DNA of 64,000 nucleotides from NCBI RefSeq assembly GCF_055900595.2, contig NZ_CM148325.1; one strand, 5' to 3'. Shown piece by piece: positions 21,301 to 30,250 of this stretch (position 1 is its first letter; each line of letters starts with the position of its first letter). The notes under the pieces were generated by a model. It saw only the letters and a program-made list of their open reading frames with translations, ran no database searches and was not told where the DNA came from. The position numbers and the translations under genes were made by a program.

Positions 21301-21659
21301 GTACCGCTGCTCACTAACAAGGATTTTTTGTCTTCCAGAATTGTTCGCCACGCAGTGAGTTGATGACGAAATGGCACTGGCGCTTTGCTCAATGCATCAA
21401 CCTGCGGGCTGGAGATCAGCTTGTCCCGCAAATCCTCCATTGTTTCATCCGCAGGCATCCAGCCGAATGTACTTTCGAATACCGGGCCTGCAAGCAGTGA
21501 CCCCTCCTGACCGGGAGGCTGAAAATATTGTGATTCCAGATAATGAGTCAACGACTTGCTCCGCAATGCCAACTGACTTACCACCGACCTCACCGCACGC
21601 TGATGAAGCTGATTTAGAAGTGGCGCATAATGCAGTTGCTGAACGTCCATCAATGACAT
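15336..21659 (-). CDS. DruE-like giant helicase (Druantia type III-like), 2107 aa
   Basis: Motif I GTGSGKTE, motif II IVLDEAHSY, motif VI QRAGRAGRRGE far downstream, Cys clusters (CDCG...CSGCG, CVCCGD, CRKCG...CSHCK, CLSCG); same architecture as the 988..7329 protein. Confidence 0.6.
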   Translation of the reverse strand: MSLMDVQQLHYAPLLNQLHQRAVRSVVSQLALRSKSLTHYLESQYFQPPGQEGSLLAGPVFESTFGWMPADETMEDLRDKLISSPQVDALSKAPVPFRHQLTAWRTILEDKKSLLVSSGTGSGKTECFMVPVLEDLIRQQKSTRQSLTGTQAIFLYPLNALINSQQERLREWTRGFKGKIRFALYNGETRHTKYEVQEDQLKVPEQALSREAIYEAPPSIMVTNTTMLEYMLIRRKDAPIIEKSQGMLKYIVLDEAHSYIGSQAAELALLLRRVMQAFNVGPGTDKPVQIIATSATIGEDSPEGNKELAKFVADLAGVTERDVKVVRGYRQIPRVSESLIRHEYPTSLTSLKSLSPQDLYQQLCHYRVAQQLRQALTHPGRQAVRLSELLNVARRTWPDINHRELLQLLDLMARSREGELAFTPLRMHGFIRTLAGLWACSNKQCSHKAHELNQSDWPFGQVWFEQRQYCDCGAPVFEVLRCSGCGSAYLSAKEEMRGDGTNWLVAQPAAAEVDEFALDVDVYSEDEDNDELDNNSQFDRLIASDGEKYIISLEETTAGKIDSEAQKHYEINLLRPESRGEGRNNSFACVCCGDTQRKNNPLFRPLRLGAPFFLNEIIPTLLEFSPLPQTREEQLGPFNGRRLLTFTDSRQGTARISARLQQDADKATLRALCYQELANINEPSAKLSPAHCALLESFIAQFSILPLKNSIDALKKSMVANEELSPADIQALKIIEPMVSSLSPDHAEAMQILQANSGNQQKKTMSWQTLSEQLVGSVDLADRMRGSFKELSGLDLTKQQFADFCLYSEFGRRPKNAWTLESLGLVAIHYPFIDKVTTCPQDWKTLLPDPDKQLAEWRNLLKITLDFFIRENSAVFYENEQYPRWMGARFPVKMLQGPDKKNKGQKRDQLWPQIRDRHYNRVIKLLIAVFPAIQPEQAHWKSLVNHLMIEVWDAIRPCLRQFESGYQLDIKQQAEFYSPKQVWRCPYTRRALDVTLLGYSPYLPGSKEIAPEKAVLIEMPELPVRHWRLSGGGEIAREERLEWLESNALIQHAREEGLWSTRSDRLALKDSWYRLEEHSAQRTPEQNQFNEKQFKSGKVNVLNCSTTMEMGVDIGGMSLVAMNNVPPAPANYLQRAGRAGRRGESASAAITLCKNTAHGMEVFKDPLWAFNTTASAPRVRFGSSSIVQRHVNALVLGLFLRAEVPDATKLSCKWFFEGDESQCLRFLHWLNNQADQLADKLKRLTQGTVLMSLTATQLLTRTQAMMQQVDIRWRSQLAILLENIEALKADNSAWEETPAGKAIAYQLRDYRGAYLFSKLISEAFLPGHGFPVGVVNFNYLTADELEKRRAIKATQADPNEGGESFSRRIEKLPCRDLPTALREYAPGADVVLGGKVYRSSGIMLGKVLASGQELSGDHHIPWFWHCRKCGAGATSATHPVECSHCKADIQQLDVKRYLQPVGFATDIRYQAHNDVSMPAQLPWKDPRVLVPSSVWVSLPDAGLGRYRFSHSGELFHFSEGEFGHGYAICLSCGRAESQTQPQRTPENLKNPERENTHYLLRGGSNDRQGSNKLCHGHVHKDLWLGYSSRTDMVELQLNDDNGLLIRDEVAARSLAVALREGLAHKLGIENTELGVTTQQARDINGYTGYSIFIYDNNAGGAGYAVQLIDHWADVFNYARKLLDCSCDKFCHHCLLSYDSQHYVNRLDRHHALTLLTNVRLQRLNLAPEYQYFVDGSRVETNPLSLRIAQCLNSEIYDSCSLVLAGPQEQWDFAQWPLFKELLQFASSGGNVELLVATPLENLTDSSRHQLSALAAMPGGRLQVKSIATAQLMQGKGRWLAQVTREGQSQQWAADDSATVAPGELWGQSASSPVVTLKGTSGKTFSGQTLSAEDLLPALPTGAVRINLCEQLDGPLEGFGSRFWSLVTQQHAGWKQAFTRHKEITHVEYSDRYLNSPFTARMLGEILTELVEQGMAERASLTVCVKKLDYNSRQHNALYNAWLNEEDRQQVVTTLLEEGYLGPAWPGAISWLTGDNQSTEHGRELTVTFSDGSQHYVLLDMGLSYWRCIEDTFFDFALRVPQQVERLANTRARAVAPGNDLRSYVIAG

Positions 21660-24600
21660 ACTCCTGCTTGTTCAAAATAATATTGATAGATTACCCCTAA
21701 TTGCTGTGGGGCTTGCTGATAGTGAAATTCAAAAAGCGCAGACAGTTGATGTATCAGGTTATTATCTTTTTGGGTTAACAGCGCTGCGACTAACATCAAA
21801 TTAAAACGTTTTTCAAGCCGTGAGTGATATTTATCTTCAATCCAAAGCTTATTAAAAACAGATTTTAACTCTGGAGTAATAGCACTAGACCAAAGTTCTT
21901 TAGGGAAGATACTGATACGCCCAAAGCTGTCGGGGTTCCTTAATAGCATCTGTTTAGCTTCATTAAACTGCTCACGACTAACAGTTGGCAATACATCACA
22001 ACCGGTTGGTAGGCTCTCACTATATGTAAGTAACATATTCGCAATGGGAGCCAGCCGACGATCGATATGTGCACGATGGTTCATAAAAGCAATAAAGGGT
22101 TGCAATATATGTAATGCTAATGTTTTATCGTTAATCTGTTTTTCCAGATAAGCCCAACATTTTTGGAAAACATCTTTCCAGATTGAAACGGGAATCCATC
22201 CCCATGAAAAGGGTAATTCTTCCTGTATATCATAAATCGTATCGCTATCACCAGAAAGACATGATGATATTAACAACTGAACAACCACGCGGTAATTACT
22301 CGAAATACCTCTGAACAAGTCCAGATCCAGCAAGGATAAGCCATTATTCATTTTGTATTTCTTAATATACTCTGTTAATAAACAGCAATAATTTTGCAAT
22401 GGGTTGTTATCTATTTCAAAAATTAGCTCATTAAATTTTTTTTTGCGCTGTTCTGGGTCTGCTTCGCATAGAGCATTTAGTAATAAATCATTTGTCTGCA
22501 ATACAGGTAGCATCCATTTAATTACTGGTGCAATGCGAGCTGTACCATCAAGTTTTCCCACAATTAACCATGGACTATCCTGAACATTCAGAGCTGAAAG
22601 ATCATAAGCAAATTCATCTTTTTTTAGCAATGATTTGTGTAAGCCAGGATCCTTAAGAGAAATAGCATCAACAACCAGTTCGTCTATTCTATTTGCAGGA
22701 AAAACAACAGAATTTTTTATATCAACCAGCAACCCTTGATCGTGTTCAATAAAACTACCATCGTAGCGTTTAATATTGAGTGTTGCTTTATCCTTTCCAA
22801 ATCTGTCAGAGTAAAAATCAACACATAATGTACTATTGCTGTTCCATGCACATGCCAGCATAGAATTTAGCAAATTATAGTTCTCATAAAGTGAAATTTG
22901 TTGTAATTTGTCATTGCGTCCTGATAAAAGAGGAAGGTCGGCATGTAAATAACGGAATTTTTCAGCTACTGGATTTTCATCCAATAACTCGATATTAAGA
23001 TATCCTCTTCCAGCACATGACATGGTTAATAACTCAGCATCTATTCCATGCAAATGTGCTATAGATGCCACACCATCAAAATGAACAGAACCATCATTAG
23101 TTACAAATCGGCCACCGCTAACCGGCTTAGGTAATAATAGTTTAAGATTAGAACCATCTTTCCAGGAGACCCGTAAATCAACGGTATTTTCCAGCATCTG
23201 CGATGAATTATAATAAATAGCACACTCGTTTTGTGAATAATCGGACTTAAGTGTTACTTTTTCATTGTTTGTATATTTGTCAATTCTAGTATCCGTTATA
23301 CCAGAAAGCATTATGATGCCTTGCTGAGCACTCTCAGGTATAATATTAATATCGAAGTCTGCTGGTAAAACTACAACTTTACCGCTAAATAAAACCTCAT
23401 CATTAACTATTCGTCTGACTTCTATCTGTCCTTTTGGCATTTCTGATGCGACAGAATACCAGGCATTGTTACCTGAACGAATGGAACGCCAAAAAAGTTC
23501 TTTCTCCGGTACAATGCCATATTGCAGATCCTTTTTCCAACCGATCTTCGGCCAGGCTCGATGGACAGGATAATCCGATTTAACCAGTTCAACTTCTGTC
23601 GATTTAATATAATATTCAATCGCAGAATCATAAAGTTGCTGGGTGCGAATTGTACAAACTGCACCATCATGTAAAACAACACTAAATACTCCACTTATTT
23701 TAGTTAAGCTGCGTTCACTGTTTTTCAGCAACCTTGGGATATCAAACTCACCTTCTCCACTAATATCTAAATGGCTATTTTTCGGTAGCGAAATAAACAG
23801 AGCATTTAGCCTGGAACTCACAGACCCCATACCGACAAGTTTTAGCTGCGATTCACTCTCATTCATCGCTTCAAAAACCCAGGGGAGTTCTTCAGTAAGT
23901 TCATAACCGCCTTTTGGAATTGTGTGGCCTAACAGAATTGGACCTTCATGAAGCGACAACGAGATTTCGGCCATTGCATCTGCACCAGAGAGCTTTTGCA
24001 TCGCAATAGGTAATAACTCGACCCGCCAATCTTGCTGCTCATAACGGCTTAGCATTGCCAACCTTGCCCCGCCATTTCTCCATTTTCCTGAAATGATGAG
24101 TCGGGTCTGCTCCGGCTGAATATTGCATTCAAACAAAGAGGTTAACTGTTCTGTACGCATTGTGGCCGGGAATCGGAACCGGGCATCACAATACCAACTG
24201 TCATCAACATCGACCCAGATTCTTTCAACCTGAAGACTACTTGCACTGCGTATTTCAGAAGATTGAGAAAGTAATCGCCTTACAATCTCTGCAGCATTCG
24301 CTTCGGGGAGAACGAGTGGAAGTTGAAGATGCCAGTCTGGAGAGAGCTTACGTAATGCAGAAACGGGATCACTGCTTTGAGGTGGATGCTCACTAAGTAA
24401 TCGGCAGAGAGTCTCGCAGAATTCACCGGCTATTTCATAGACCAGTTCGTTTTGCATTGTGACAGGAATCGTATCGCCTAATTTTTGTGCAATTTTAGCG
24501 GCAGGATATTGAGATGCTTGCCCACGAAGCGCCTGATATATCCTTCTGAAATAGGTAATCAAATAACCGCTCTCATTTTCAATCATGCGGATAGGTAAAC

Positions 24601-25009
24601 CACCTTCACAAGCCAGTGTATGCAGATAACCCGAAGCTTGCCCCAGGTTTCTTATCTTTCTTTTCCAGTAGCGAATGCCATCATTAACCAGCTTCTGTCG
24701 ATGAACATACGGAACTTTCCAGTCAATAGAATCTAAAATTGTGTCCCATTTAGGGTGTCCGACCGTATGAGTCCGGCGGATAAACTCTGCGGCATATATG
24801 CTAAATAGAACATCGCTATAGGAAATGAATATCGTTCTTGGATAACTACGGGGGGCATATGTACGCAGTAGTTCTGCCAAACTTTCGTACTCTGTATCAG
24901 TACAACGGTAAGCATATAACGCCCGTCCATCAGCTCCGGATAATGAACGGCGACTAAAAAACATGTTAAGCCATTGCAAAAGTGGGTTAACTGGAGTTTT
25001 CACAAGCAA
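21650..25009 (-). CDS. DruH-like protein (Druantia type III partner), 1119 aa, no recognisable catalytic motif
   Basis: Large ORF overlapping the downstream DruE-like gene by 10 nt; assignment is by gene context and size only. Confidence 0.45.
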   Translation of the reverse strand: MLVKTPVNPLLQWLNMFFSRRSLSGADGRALYAYRCTDTEYESLAELLRTYAPRSYPRTIFISYSDVLFSIYAAEFIRRTHTVGHPKWDTILDSIDWKVPYVHRQKLVNDGIRYWKRKIRNLGQASGYLHTLACEGGLPIRMIENESGYLITYFRRIYQALRGQASQYPAAKIAQKLGDTIPVTMQNELVYEIAGEFCETLCRLLSEHPPQSSDPVSALRKLSPDWHLQLPLVLPEANAAEIVRRLLSQSSEIRSASSLQVERIWVDVDDSWYCDARFRFPATMRTEQLTSLFECNIQPEQTRLIISGKWRNGGARLAMLSRYEQQDWRVELLPIAMQKLSGADAMAEISLSLHEGPILLGHTIPKGGYELTEELPWVFEAMNESESQLKLVGMGSVSSRLNALFISLPKNSHLDISGEGEFDIPRLLKNSERSLTKISGVFSVVLHDGAVCTIRTQQLYDSAIEYYIKSTEVELVKSDYPVHRAWPKIGWKKDLQYGIVPEKELFWRSIRSGNNAWYSVASEMPKGQIEVRRIVNDEVLFSGKVVVLPADFDINIIPESAQQGIIMLSGITDTRIDKYTNNEKVTLKSDYSQNECAIYYNSSQMLENTVDLRVSWKDGSNLKLLLPKPVSGGRFVTNDGSVHFDGVASIAHLHGIDAELLTMSCAGRGYLNIELLDENPVAEKFRYLHADLPLLSGRNDKLQQISLYENYNLLNSMLACAWNSNSTLCVDFYSDRFGKDKATLNIKRYDGSFIEHDQGLLVDIKNSVVFPANRIDELVVDAISLKDPGLHKSLLKKDEFAYDLSALNVQDSPWLIVGKLDGTARIAPVIKWMLPVLQTNDLLLNALCEADPEQRKKKFNELIFEIDNNPLQNYCCLLTEYIKKYKMNNGLSLLDLDLFRGISSNYRVVVQLLISSCLSGDSDTIYDIQEELPFSWGWIPVSIWKDVFQKCWAYLEKQINDKTLALHILQPFIAFMNHRAHIDRRLAPIANMLLTYSESLPTGCDVLPTVSREQFNEAKQMLLRNPDSFGRISIFPKELWSSAITPELKSVFNKLWIEDKYHSRLEKRFNLMLVAALLTQKDNNLIHQLSALFEFHYQQAPQQLGVIYQYYFEQAGVCH

Positions 25010-25220
25010 CCTGCCTTCCTTTGATACAATTCGTAACAGGTTACTATCATCATAAAAAAGCTCAACCCGATGAACTCGCTAAAAATGAGACAAATCATTT
25101 ATATCTCGAAAAAACTTGTTACAATCATGAGCGCTACACCGAACTTAACCATATAAATTATGTGCGTTTTGTTTATTTTTTAAACAATTACAACTATCCA
25201 TTATTTACACAGGTATCAAA

Positions 25221-26873
25221 ATGTTAGCGCAGCTTTTTGAGCAGTTGTTTCAATCGATAGACTCTACACTGATCACCAATATTTTCATCTGGGCTGTTAT
25301 ATTCGTATTTTTATCAGCGTGGTGGTGTGACAAAAAAAATATACATAGTAAGTTTAGAGAATATGCTCCAACCTTAATGGGGGCATTAGGTATTCTGGGT
25401 ACTTTCATTGGTATTATTATTGGGTTACTCAATTTTAATACTGAAAGTATTGATACCAGCATCCCCGTATTATTAGGCGGCCTAAAAACAGCATTCATTA
25501 CAAGCATTGTAGGTATGTTTTTTGCCATTTTATTTAATGGAATGGATGCTTTCTTTTTTGCCAATAAACGAAGTGCGTTAGCAGAAAATAACCCTGAATC
25601 TGTTACACCTGAACATATCTATCATGAATTAAAAGAGCAGAACCAGACTCTGACTAAATTAGTCTCGGGTATTAACGGTGATAGTGAAGGTTCTCTTATT
25701 GCTCAAATAAAATTACTACGTACTGAGATTAGCGATTCCTCGCAGGCACAATTAGCTAATCACACTCATTTCAGTAATAAGCTTTGGGAACAACTTGAAC
25801 AATTTGCAGATCTAATGGCAAAAGGTGCTACAGAACAAATTATTGATGCTTTACGACAAGTCATTATTGATTTTAATGAAAATTTAACTGAACAGTTTGG
25901 TGAAAACTTTAAAGCACTTGATGCCTCTGTAAAAAAACTTGTTGAGTGGCAGGAAAATTATAAAACGCAAGTTGAGCTGATGTCAGAACAATATCAACAA
26001 AGTGTCGAGTCTCTGGTTGAAACAAAAACTGCGGTTGCCGGGATTTGGGAAGAATGTAAAGAAATTCCTCTGGCTATGTCTGAACTGCGTGAAGTGCTTC
26101 AGGTGAACCAACATCAAATCAGCGAACTCTCCCGCCATTTAGAAACCTTTGTCGCTATCCGCGATAAAGCTACAACCGTATTACCTGAAATACAGAACAA
26201 AATGGCTGAAGTGGGTGAACTGCTGAAATCCGGAGCTGCAAATGTTAGTGCATCTCTTGAGCAAACCAGCCAGCAAATACTTCTTAATGCAGATTCAATG
26301 CGCGTGGCCCTGGATGAAGGTACCGAAGGATTCAGACAATCGGTTACCCAAACACAACAAGCATTTGCCTCGATGGCACATGATGTCAGCAATTCCTCCG
26401 AAACTCTAACCAGCACGTTAGGTGAAACAATTACTGAAATGAAACAAAGTGGTGAAGAATTCCTGAAGTCACTAGAGTCGCACTCGAAAGAATTGCATAG
26501 AAATATGGAACAAAATACGACTAATGTAATTGATATGTTCAGTAAGACTGGTGAAAAGATTAACCATCAACTATCCAGTAATGCCGATAATATGTTTGAT
26601 TCAATCCAGACATCATTTGATAAGGCAAGTGCAGGGCTGACTTCTCAAGTCAGAGAATCAATTGAAAAATTTGCTCTATCCATCAACGAGCAGTTACATG
26701 CTTTTGAGCAAGCAACTGAACGTGAGATGAACCGTGAAATGCAATCATTAGGTAATGCTCTGCTTTCAATCAGCAAAGGTTTTGTCGGTAACTATGAAAA
26801 ACTTATTAAAGATTACCAAATAATTATGGGGCAGTTACAAGCATTAATTTCTGCTAATAAACATCGAGGGTAA
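25221..26873 (+). CDS. ZorA-like MotA/ExbB-family membrane protein with long coiled-coil tail (Zorya type II-like)
   Basis: N-terminal hydrophobic helices with MotA/ExbB-like GILGTFIGI signature; ~350 aa Q/E/L-rich C-terminal tail; AT-rich codon usage. Confidence 0.65.
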   Translation: MLAQLFEQLFQSIDSTLITNIFIWAVIFVFLSAWWCDKKNIHSKFREYAPTLMGALGILGTFIGIIIGLLNFNTESIDTSIPVLLGGLKTAFITSIVGMFFAILFNGMDAFFFANKRSALAENNPESVTPEHIYHELKEQNQTLTKLVSGINGDSEGSLIAQIKLLRTEISDSSQAQLANHTHFSNKLWEQLEQFADLMAKGATEQIIDALRQVIIDFNENLTEQFGENFKALDASVKKLVEWQENYKTQVELMSEQYQQSVESLVETKTAVAGIWEECKEIPLAMSELREVLQVNQHQISELSRHLETFVAIRDKATTVLPEIQNKMAEVGELLKSGAANVSASLEQTSQQILLNADSMRVALDEGTEGFRQSVTQTQQAFASMAHDVSNSSETLTSTLGETITEMKQSGEEFLKSLESHSKELHRNMEQNTTNVIDMFSKTGEKINHQLSSNADNMFDSIQTSFDKASAGLTSQVRESIEKFALSINEQLHAFEQATEREMNREMQSLGNALLSISKGFVGNYEKLIKDYQIIMGQLQALISANKHRG

Positions 26874-26879
26874 TCGATC

Positions 26880-27587
26880 ATGGATAAGATTATAGGGAAA
26901 CAATTACCTAAAAAAGATCAAGATAATGAACACTGGGTATCCATGTCAGACCTAATGGCAGGGCTGATGATGGTTTTTATGTTCATATCTATTGCTTATA
27001 TGCACTACGTACGTATTGAAAAAGAAAAAATTAAAGAAGTTGCCGTAGCCTACGAGAATGCTCAGTTACAGCTTTATAATGCTCTGGATATTGAGTTTGC
27101 AAAGGATTTGCAAGACTGGGATGCAGAGATCGATAAGCAGACTCTGGAGGTTCGATTTAAATCACCGGATGTTTTATTTGGCTTAGGAAGCACAGAGCTT
27201 AAACCAAAGTTTAAACTCATTCTTGACGACTTCTTTCCTCGCTACCTAAAAGTTCTTGATAATTATCAAGAACATATTACTGAAGTCCGCATTGAAGGTC
27301 ACACAAGTACTGACTGGACTGGAACAACGAATCCTGATATTGCTTATTTTAATAATATGGCACTATCACAAGGTCGTACACGTGCAGTATTACAATACGT
27401 TTATGATATAAAAAATATCGCGACACACCAACAATGGGTTAAAAGTAAATTTGCCGCAGTAGGTTATTCATCTGCACATCCCATTCTTGATAAAACCGGC
27501 AAGGAGGATCCTAATCGCTCTCGTCGTGTCACCTTCAAAGTTGTAACAAATGCCGAGTTGCAGATTAGAAAGATTATTCAGGAGTAA
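26880..27587 (+). CDS. ZorB-like MotB/OmpA-family protein
   Basis: N-terminal TM segment LMAGLMMVFMFISIAY; C-terminal OmpA-like peptidoglycan-binding pattern GHTSTD...NMALSQGRTRAVLQYV; 7 nt after the ZorA-like stop. Confidence 0.65.
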   Translation: MDKIIGKQLPKKDQDNEHWVSMSDLMAGLMMVFMFISIAYMHYVRIEKEKIKEVAVAYENAQLQLYNALDIEFAKDLQDWDAEIDKQTLEVRFKSPDVLFGLGSTELKPKFKLILDDFFPRYLKVLDNYQEHITEVRIEGHTSTDWTGTTNPDIAYFNNMALSQGRTRAVLQYVYDIKNIATHQQWVKSKFAAVGYSSAHPILDKTGKEDPNRSRRVTFKVVTNAELQIRKIIQE

Positions 27588-27590
27588 GAG

Positions 27591-28694
27591 ATGAAATTAT
27601 CTATCGACATTTCAGAACTTATTCAATTAGGGAAGAAAATGTTACCAGAAGGAGTCGATTTTTTTCTGGATGAATCCCCTATTGACTTTGATCCTATAGA
27701 TATTGAGTTATCCACGGGTAAAGAAGTTAGTATCGAAGATCTTGACCCTGGTAGCGGGCTTATCTCTTATCATGGCCGCCAGGTTCTTTTATATATTAGG
27801 GACCATTCAGGGCGTTATGATGCGGCTATCATCGATGGCGAAAAAGGAAAACGTTTTCATATTGCCTGGTGCAGAACTCTTGATGAAATGCGCCATAAAA
27901 ATCGATTTGAAAGGTATCATGCAACTAACCGCATAGATGGTTTATTCGAAATTGATGATGGTTCAGGTCGGAGCCAGGATGTTGATTTACGGGTATGTAT
28001 GAATTGTCTGGAACGACTTAATTACAAAGGAAGTATTGATAAACAAAGGAAAAGAGAGATTTTTAAATCATTCTCATTAAATGAGTTTTTTTCAGATTAT
28101 AGTACCTGTTTTCGTCATATGCCTAAGGGTATCTATGACAAAACAAATAGTGGGTATGTCGAAAACTGGAAAGATATATCAAAATCAATACGAGAAAAGG
28201 CCAAGTATACTTGTAATGATTGTGGTGTGAATTTATCAACCGCCAAAAACTTGTGCCATGTCCATCATAAAAATGGCATCAAATATGATAATCACCATGA
28301 AAACCTTCTTGTTCTGTGTAAGGATTGCCATCGTAAACAGCCCCTCCATGAAGGTATATTCGTTACCCAAGCTGAGATGGCTATCATTCAACGTTTACGT
28401 TCCCAACAAGGGTTATTAAAAGCCGAATCCTGGAATGAAATATATGACCTGACTGATCCATCAGTACATGGTGATATTAATATGATGCAACATAAAGGCT
28501 TTCAACCTCCTGTTCCTGGGTTAGATCTTCAAAACTCAGAACATGAAATTATTGCAACCGTAGAAGCAGCATGGCCAGGCCTTAAAATTGCAGTTAACCT
28601 TACTCCCGCCGAAGTCGAAGGATGGAGAATATATACCGTGGGTGAGCTGGTTAAAGAAATACAAACAGGAGCCTTTACGTCAGCAACGTTGTAA
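27591..28694 (+). CDS. ZorE-like HNH endonuclease
   Basis: HNH motif CHVHHKNG...NHHENLLVLCKDCHRK; 4 nt after the ZorB-like stop. Confidence 0.6.
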   Translation: MKLSIDISELIQLGKKMLPEGVDFFLDESPIDFDPIDIELSTGKEVSIEDLDPGSGLISYHGRQVLLYIRDHSGRYDAAIIDGEKGKRFHIAWCRTLDEMRHKNRFERYHATNRIDGLFEIDDGSGRSQDVDLRVCMNCLERLNYKGSIDKQRKREIFKSFSLNEFFSDYSTCFRHMPKGIYDKTNSGYVENWKDISKSIREKAKYTCNDCGVNLSTAKNLCHVHHKNGIKYDNHHENLLVLCKDCHRKQPLHEGIFVTQAEMAIIQRLRSQQGLLKAESWNEIYDLTDPSVHGDINMMQHKGFQPPVPGLDLQNSEHEIIATVEAAWPGLKIAVNLTPAEVEGWRIYTVGELVKEIQTGAFTSATL

Positions 28695-28903
28695 ATTCCG
28701 AAACTCCGTGAAAGTTAAGACTTTCACGGAAGATAAATAAAATTTTCCTGATTTGTGACTCAAATTATAAAAGTCGTTTATGGCATAACTTGTCTGTTTT
28801 TTTGGTGTAATAGGTATAAAGGCATATGCTATGGTTAGCCTTATATTTAAAACTTTCCTCATACGGGTGAAGGTTAAAGCTTGGTAGATAGGTTACAGTC
28901 ACA

Positions 28904-29513
28904 ATGAATAAAGCAATAACGGTGCTTGCTATAATGATGGCTTCATTTTCCGTAAATGCGTATGTATTACCGGAAACGCCTGTGCCATTTAAAAGTGGTA
29001 CCGGAGCAATTGATAACAACACTGTCTACATTGGTTTAGGTAGCGCAGGTACGGCATGGTACAAGCTGGAGAAACAGACCAAAGATAAAAAAATGGACAG
29101 CGTTAGCTGCATTTCCTGGTGGACCGAGAGATCAAGCAACTTCTGCATTTATTGATGGCAATCTGTATGTGTTTGACGGCATTGGCAAAAACAGTGAGGG
29201 CTTGACTCAGGTATTTAATGACGTTCACAAATACAACCTCAAAACCAATAGCTGGGTTAAATTGATGTCGCACGCGCCGATGGGCATGGCGGGTCATGTG
29301 ACATTTGTACACAACGGCAAGGCTTATGTTACTGGCGGTGTTAACCAGAATATCTTCAATGGCTATTTTGAAGATCTTAACGAAGCTGGAAAAGATTCAG
29401 CGTACCGGTCACCGGAGAACTGGACGACGGCACTGCGAAGCAGTCATTTCAGTCGGGGGATGATTGTAGACAAATTTGTTGACGCTATTTTGCGGTTTTG
29501 GCGTGAAGGGTGA
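28904..29513 (+). pseudogene. nanM: nanM (yjhT) N-acetylneuraminate mutarotase remnant, frameshifted and 3'-truncated
   Basis: ORFs 28904..29155 and 29169..29513 (different frames) jointly match the N-terminal ~170 aa of NanM as recalled (signal peptide MNKxIT.LAIMMASF..., VFDGIGKNSEGLTQVFNDVHKYN, GMAGHVTFVHNGKAYVTGGVNQNIF); frame breaks at the A7 run near 29092; homology stops after ...EAGKDS (~29405). Confidence 0.55.
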
Positions 29514-29520
29514 GCGTTCA

Positions 29521-30171
29521 TTAATTTGATTTATTCGCATCCATCAACGCTTTTAACTGCTCCGGCGAAAACGGTGGTTTGCGTCGGTGCAACATCGCAT
29601 GGCAATTAGGGCACACAGGAAGCAAATCATTAACTGGACCCAGCTGGTAATCCTCTTTAATGGCTGAAAGCGGGACCAGGTGATGCACATGGATAAAGCC
29701 TTCAGCGATATCACCATAGATCTTCACCAGATCAACGCCGCATACTTTGCACTGGCATCCATGATGTTCGACCGCTTTATCTCGGGCCTTTTTATCGCGT
29801 TCATAGCGGTTTACTGTCACTTTTATCGCCGCACCTTCAAGGTATGTCTCCTGCGACGGCAACTCATCCGGGAACAGAACGTCGGCTATGGGAGCCGCAG
29901 CGGCTTTATCCTGATGAATATGAAATCCCTGCTCTATGAGTAGTTTGACGCATTTAGATTTTATTCCGCCGGTGAAATCCGCAGGGGTAAATTGCGTCCC
30001 CGTCATCAATGTCGCTGCGATGCCAGCAATCGCCTTCGAGGGGTAACGTCGGCCATGATATTCAATCTCATACAACCGCGCAGGCTGGAACTGATGAGTT
30101 TCTCCCGCATCCCATAAATGGATAGCTTCGATGATATACCGCCGCGGAAGATGATCAGGGAGTTTATTCAT
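29521..30171 (-). CDS. HNH endonuclease, possible modification-dependent (type IV-like) restriction enzyme
   Basis: C-terminal HNH motif CQCKVCG...HVHHLVPLS...CPNCHAMLHR; N-terminal ~120-aa domain of unknown function. Confidence 0.55.
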   Translation of the reverse strand: MNKLPDHLPRRYIIEAIHLWDAGETHQFQPARLYEIEYHGRRYPSKAIAGIAATLMTGTQFTPADFTGGIKSKCVKLLIEQGFHIHQDKAAAAPIADVLFPDELPSQETYLEGAAIKVTVNRYERDKKARDKAVEHHGCQCKVCGVDLVKIYGDIAEGFIHVHHLVPLSAIKEDYQLGPVNDLLPVCPNCHAMLHRRKPPFSPEQLKALMDANKSN

Positions 30172-30250
30172 GGAGAATGTCCTTATACGTTCTCAGAACA
30201 GGCAGCAAAAAAACAAATGAGATCAAGGTAATATATCTTCACTTGCAGGC

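Noticed and set aside
25021-25227. 68-aa ORF between the DruH-like and ZorA-like genes
   Set aside because: Lies in the AT-rich divergent promoter region and ends inside the ZorA start; more likely regulatory DNA than a gene.
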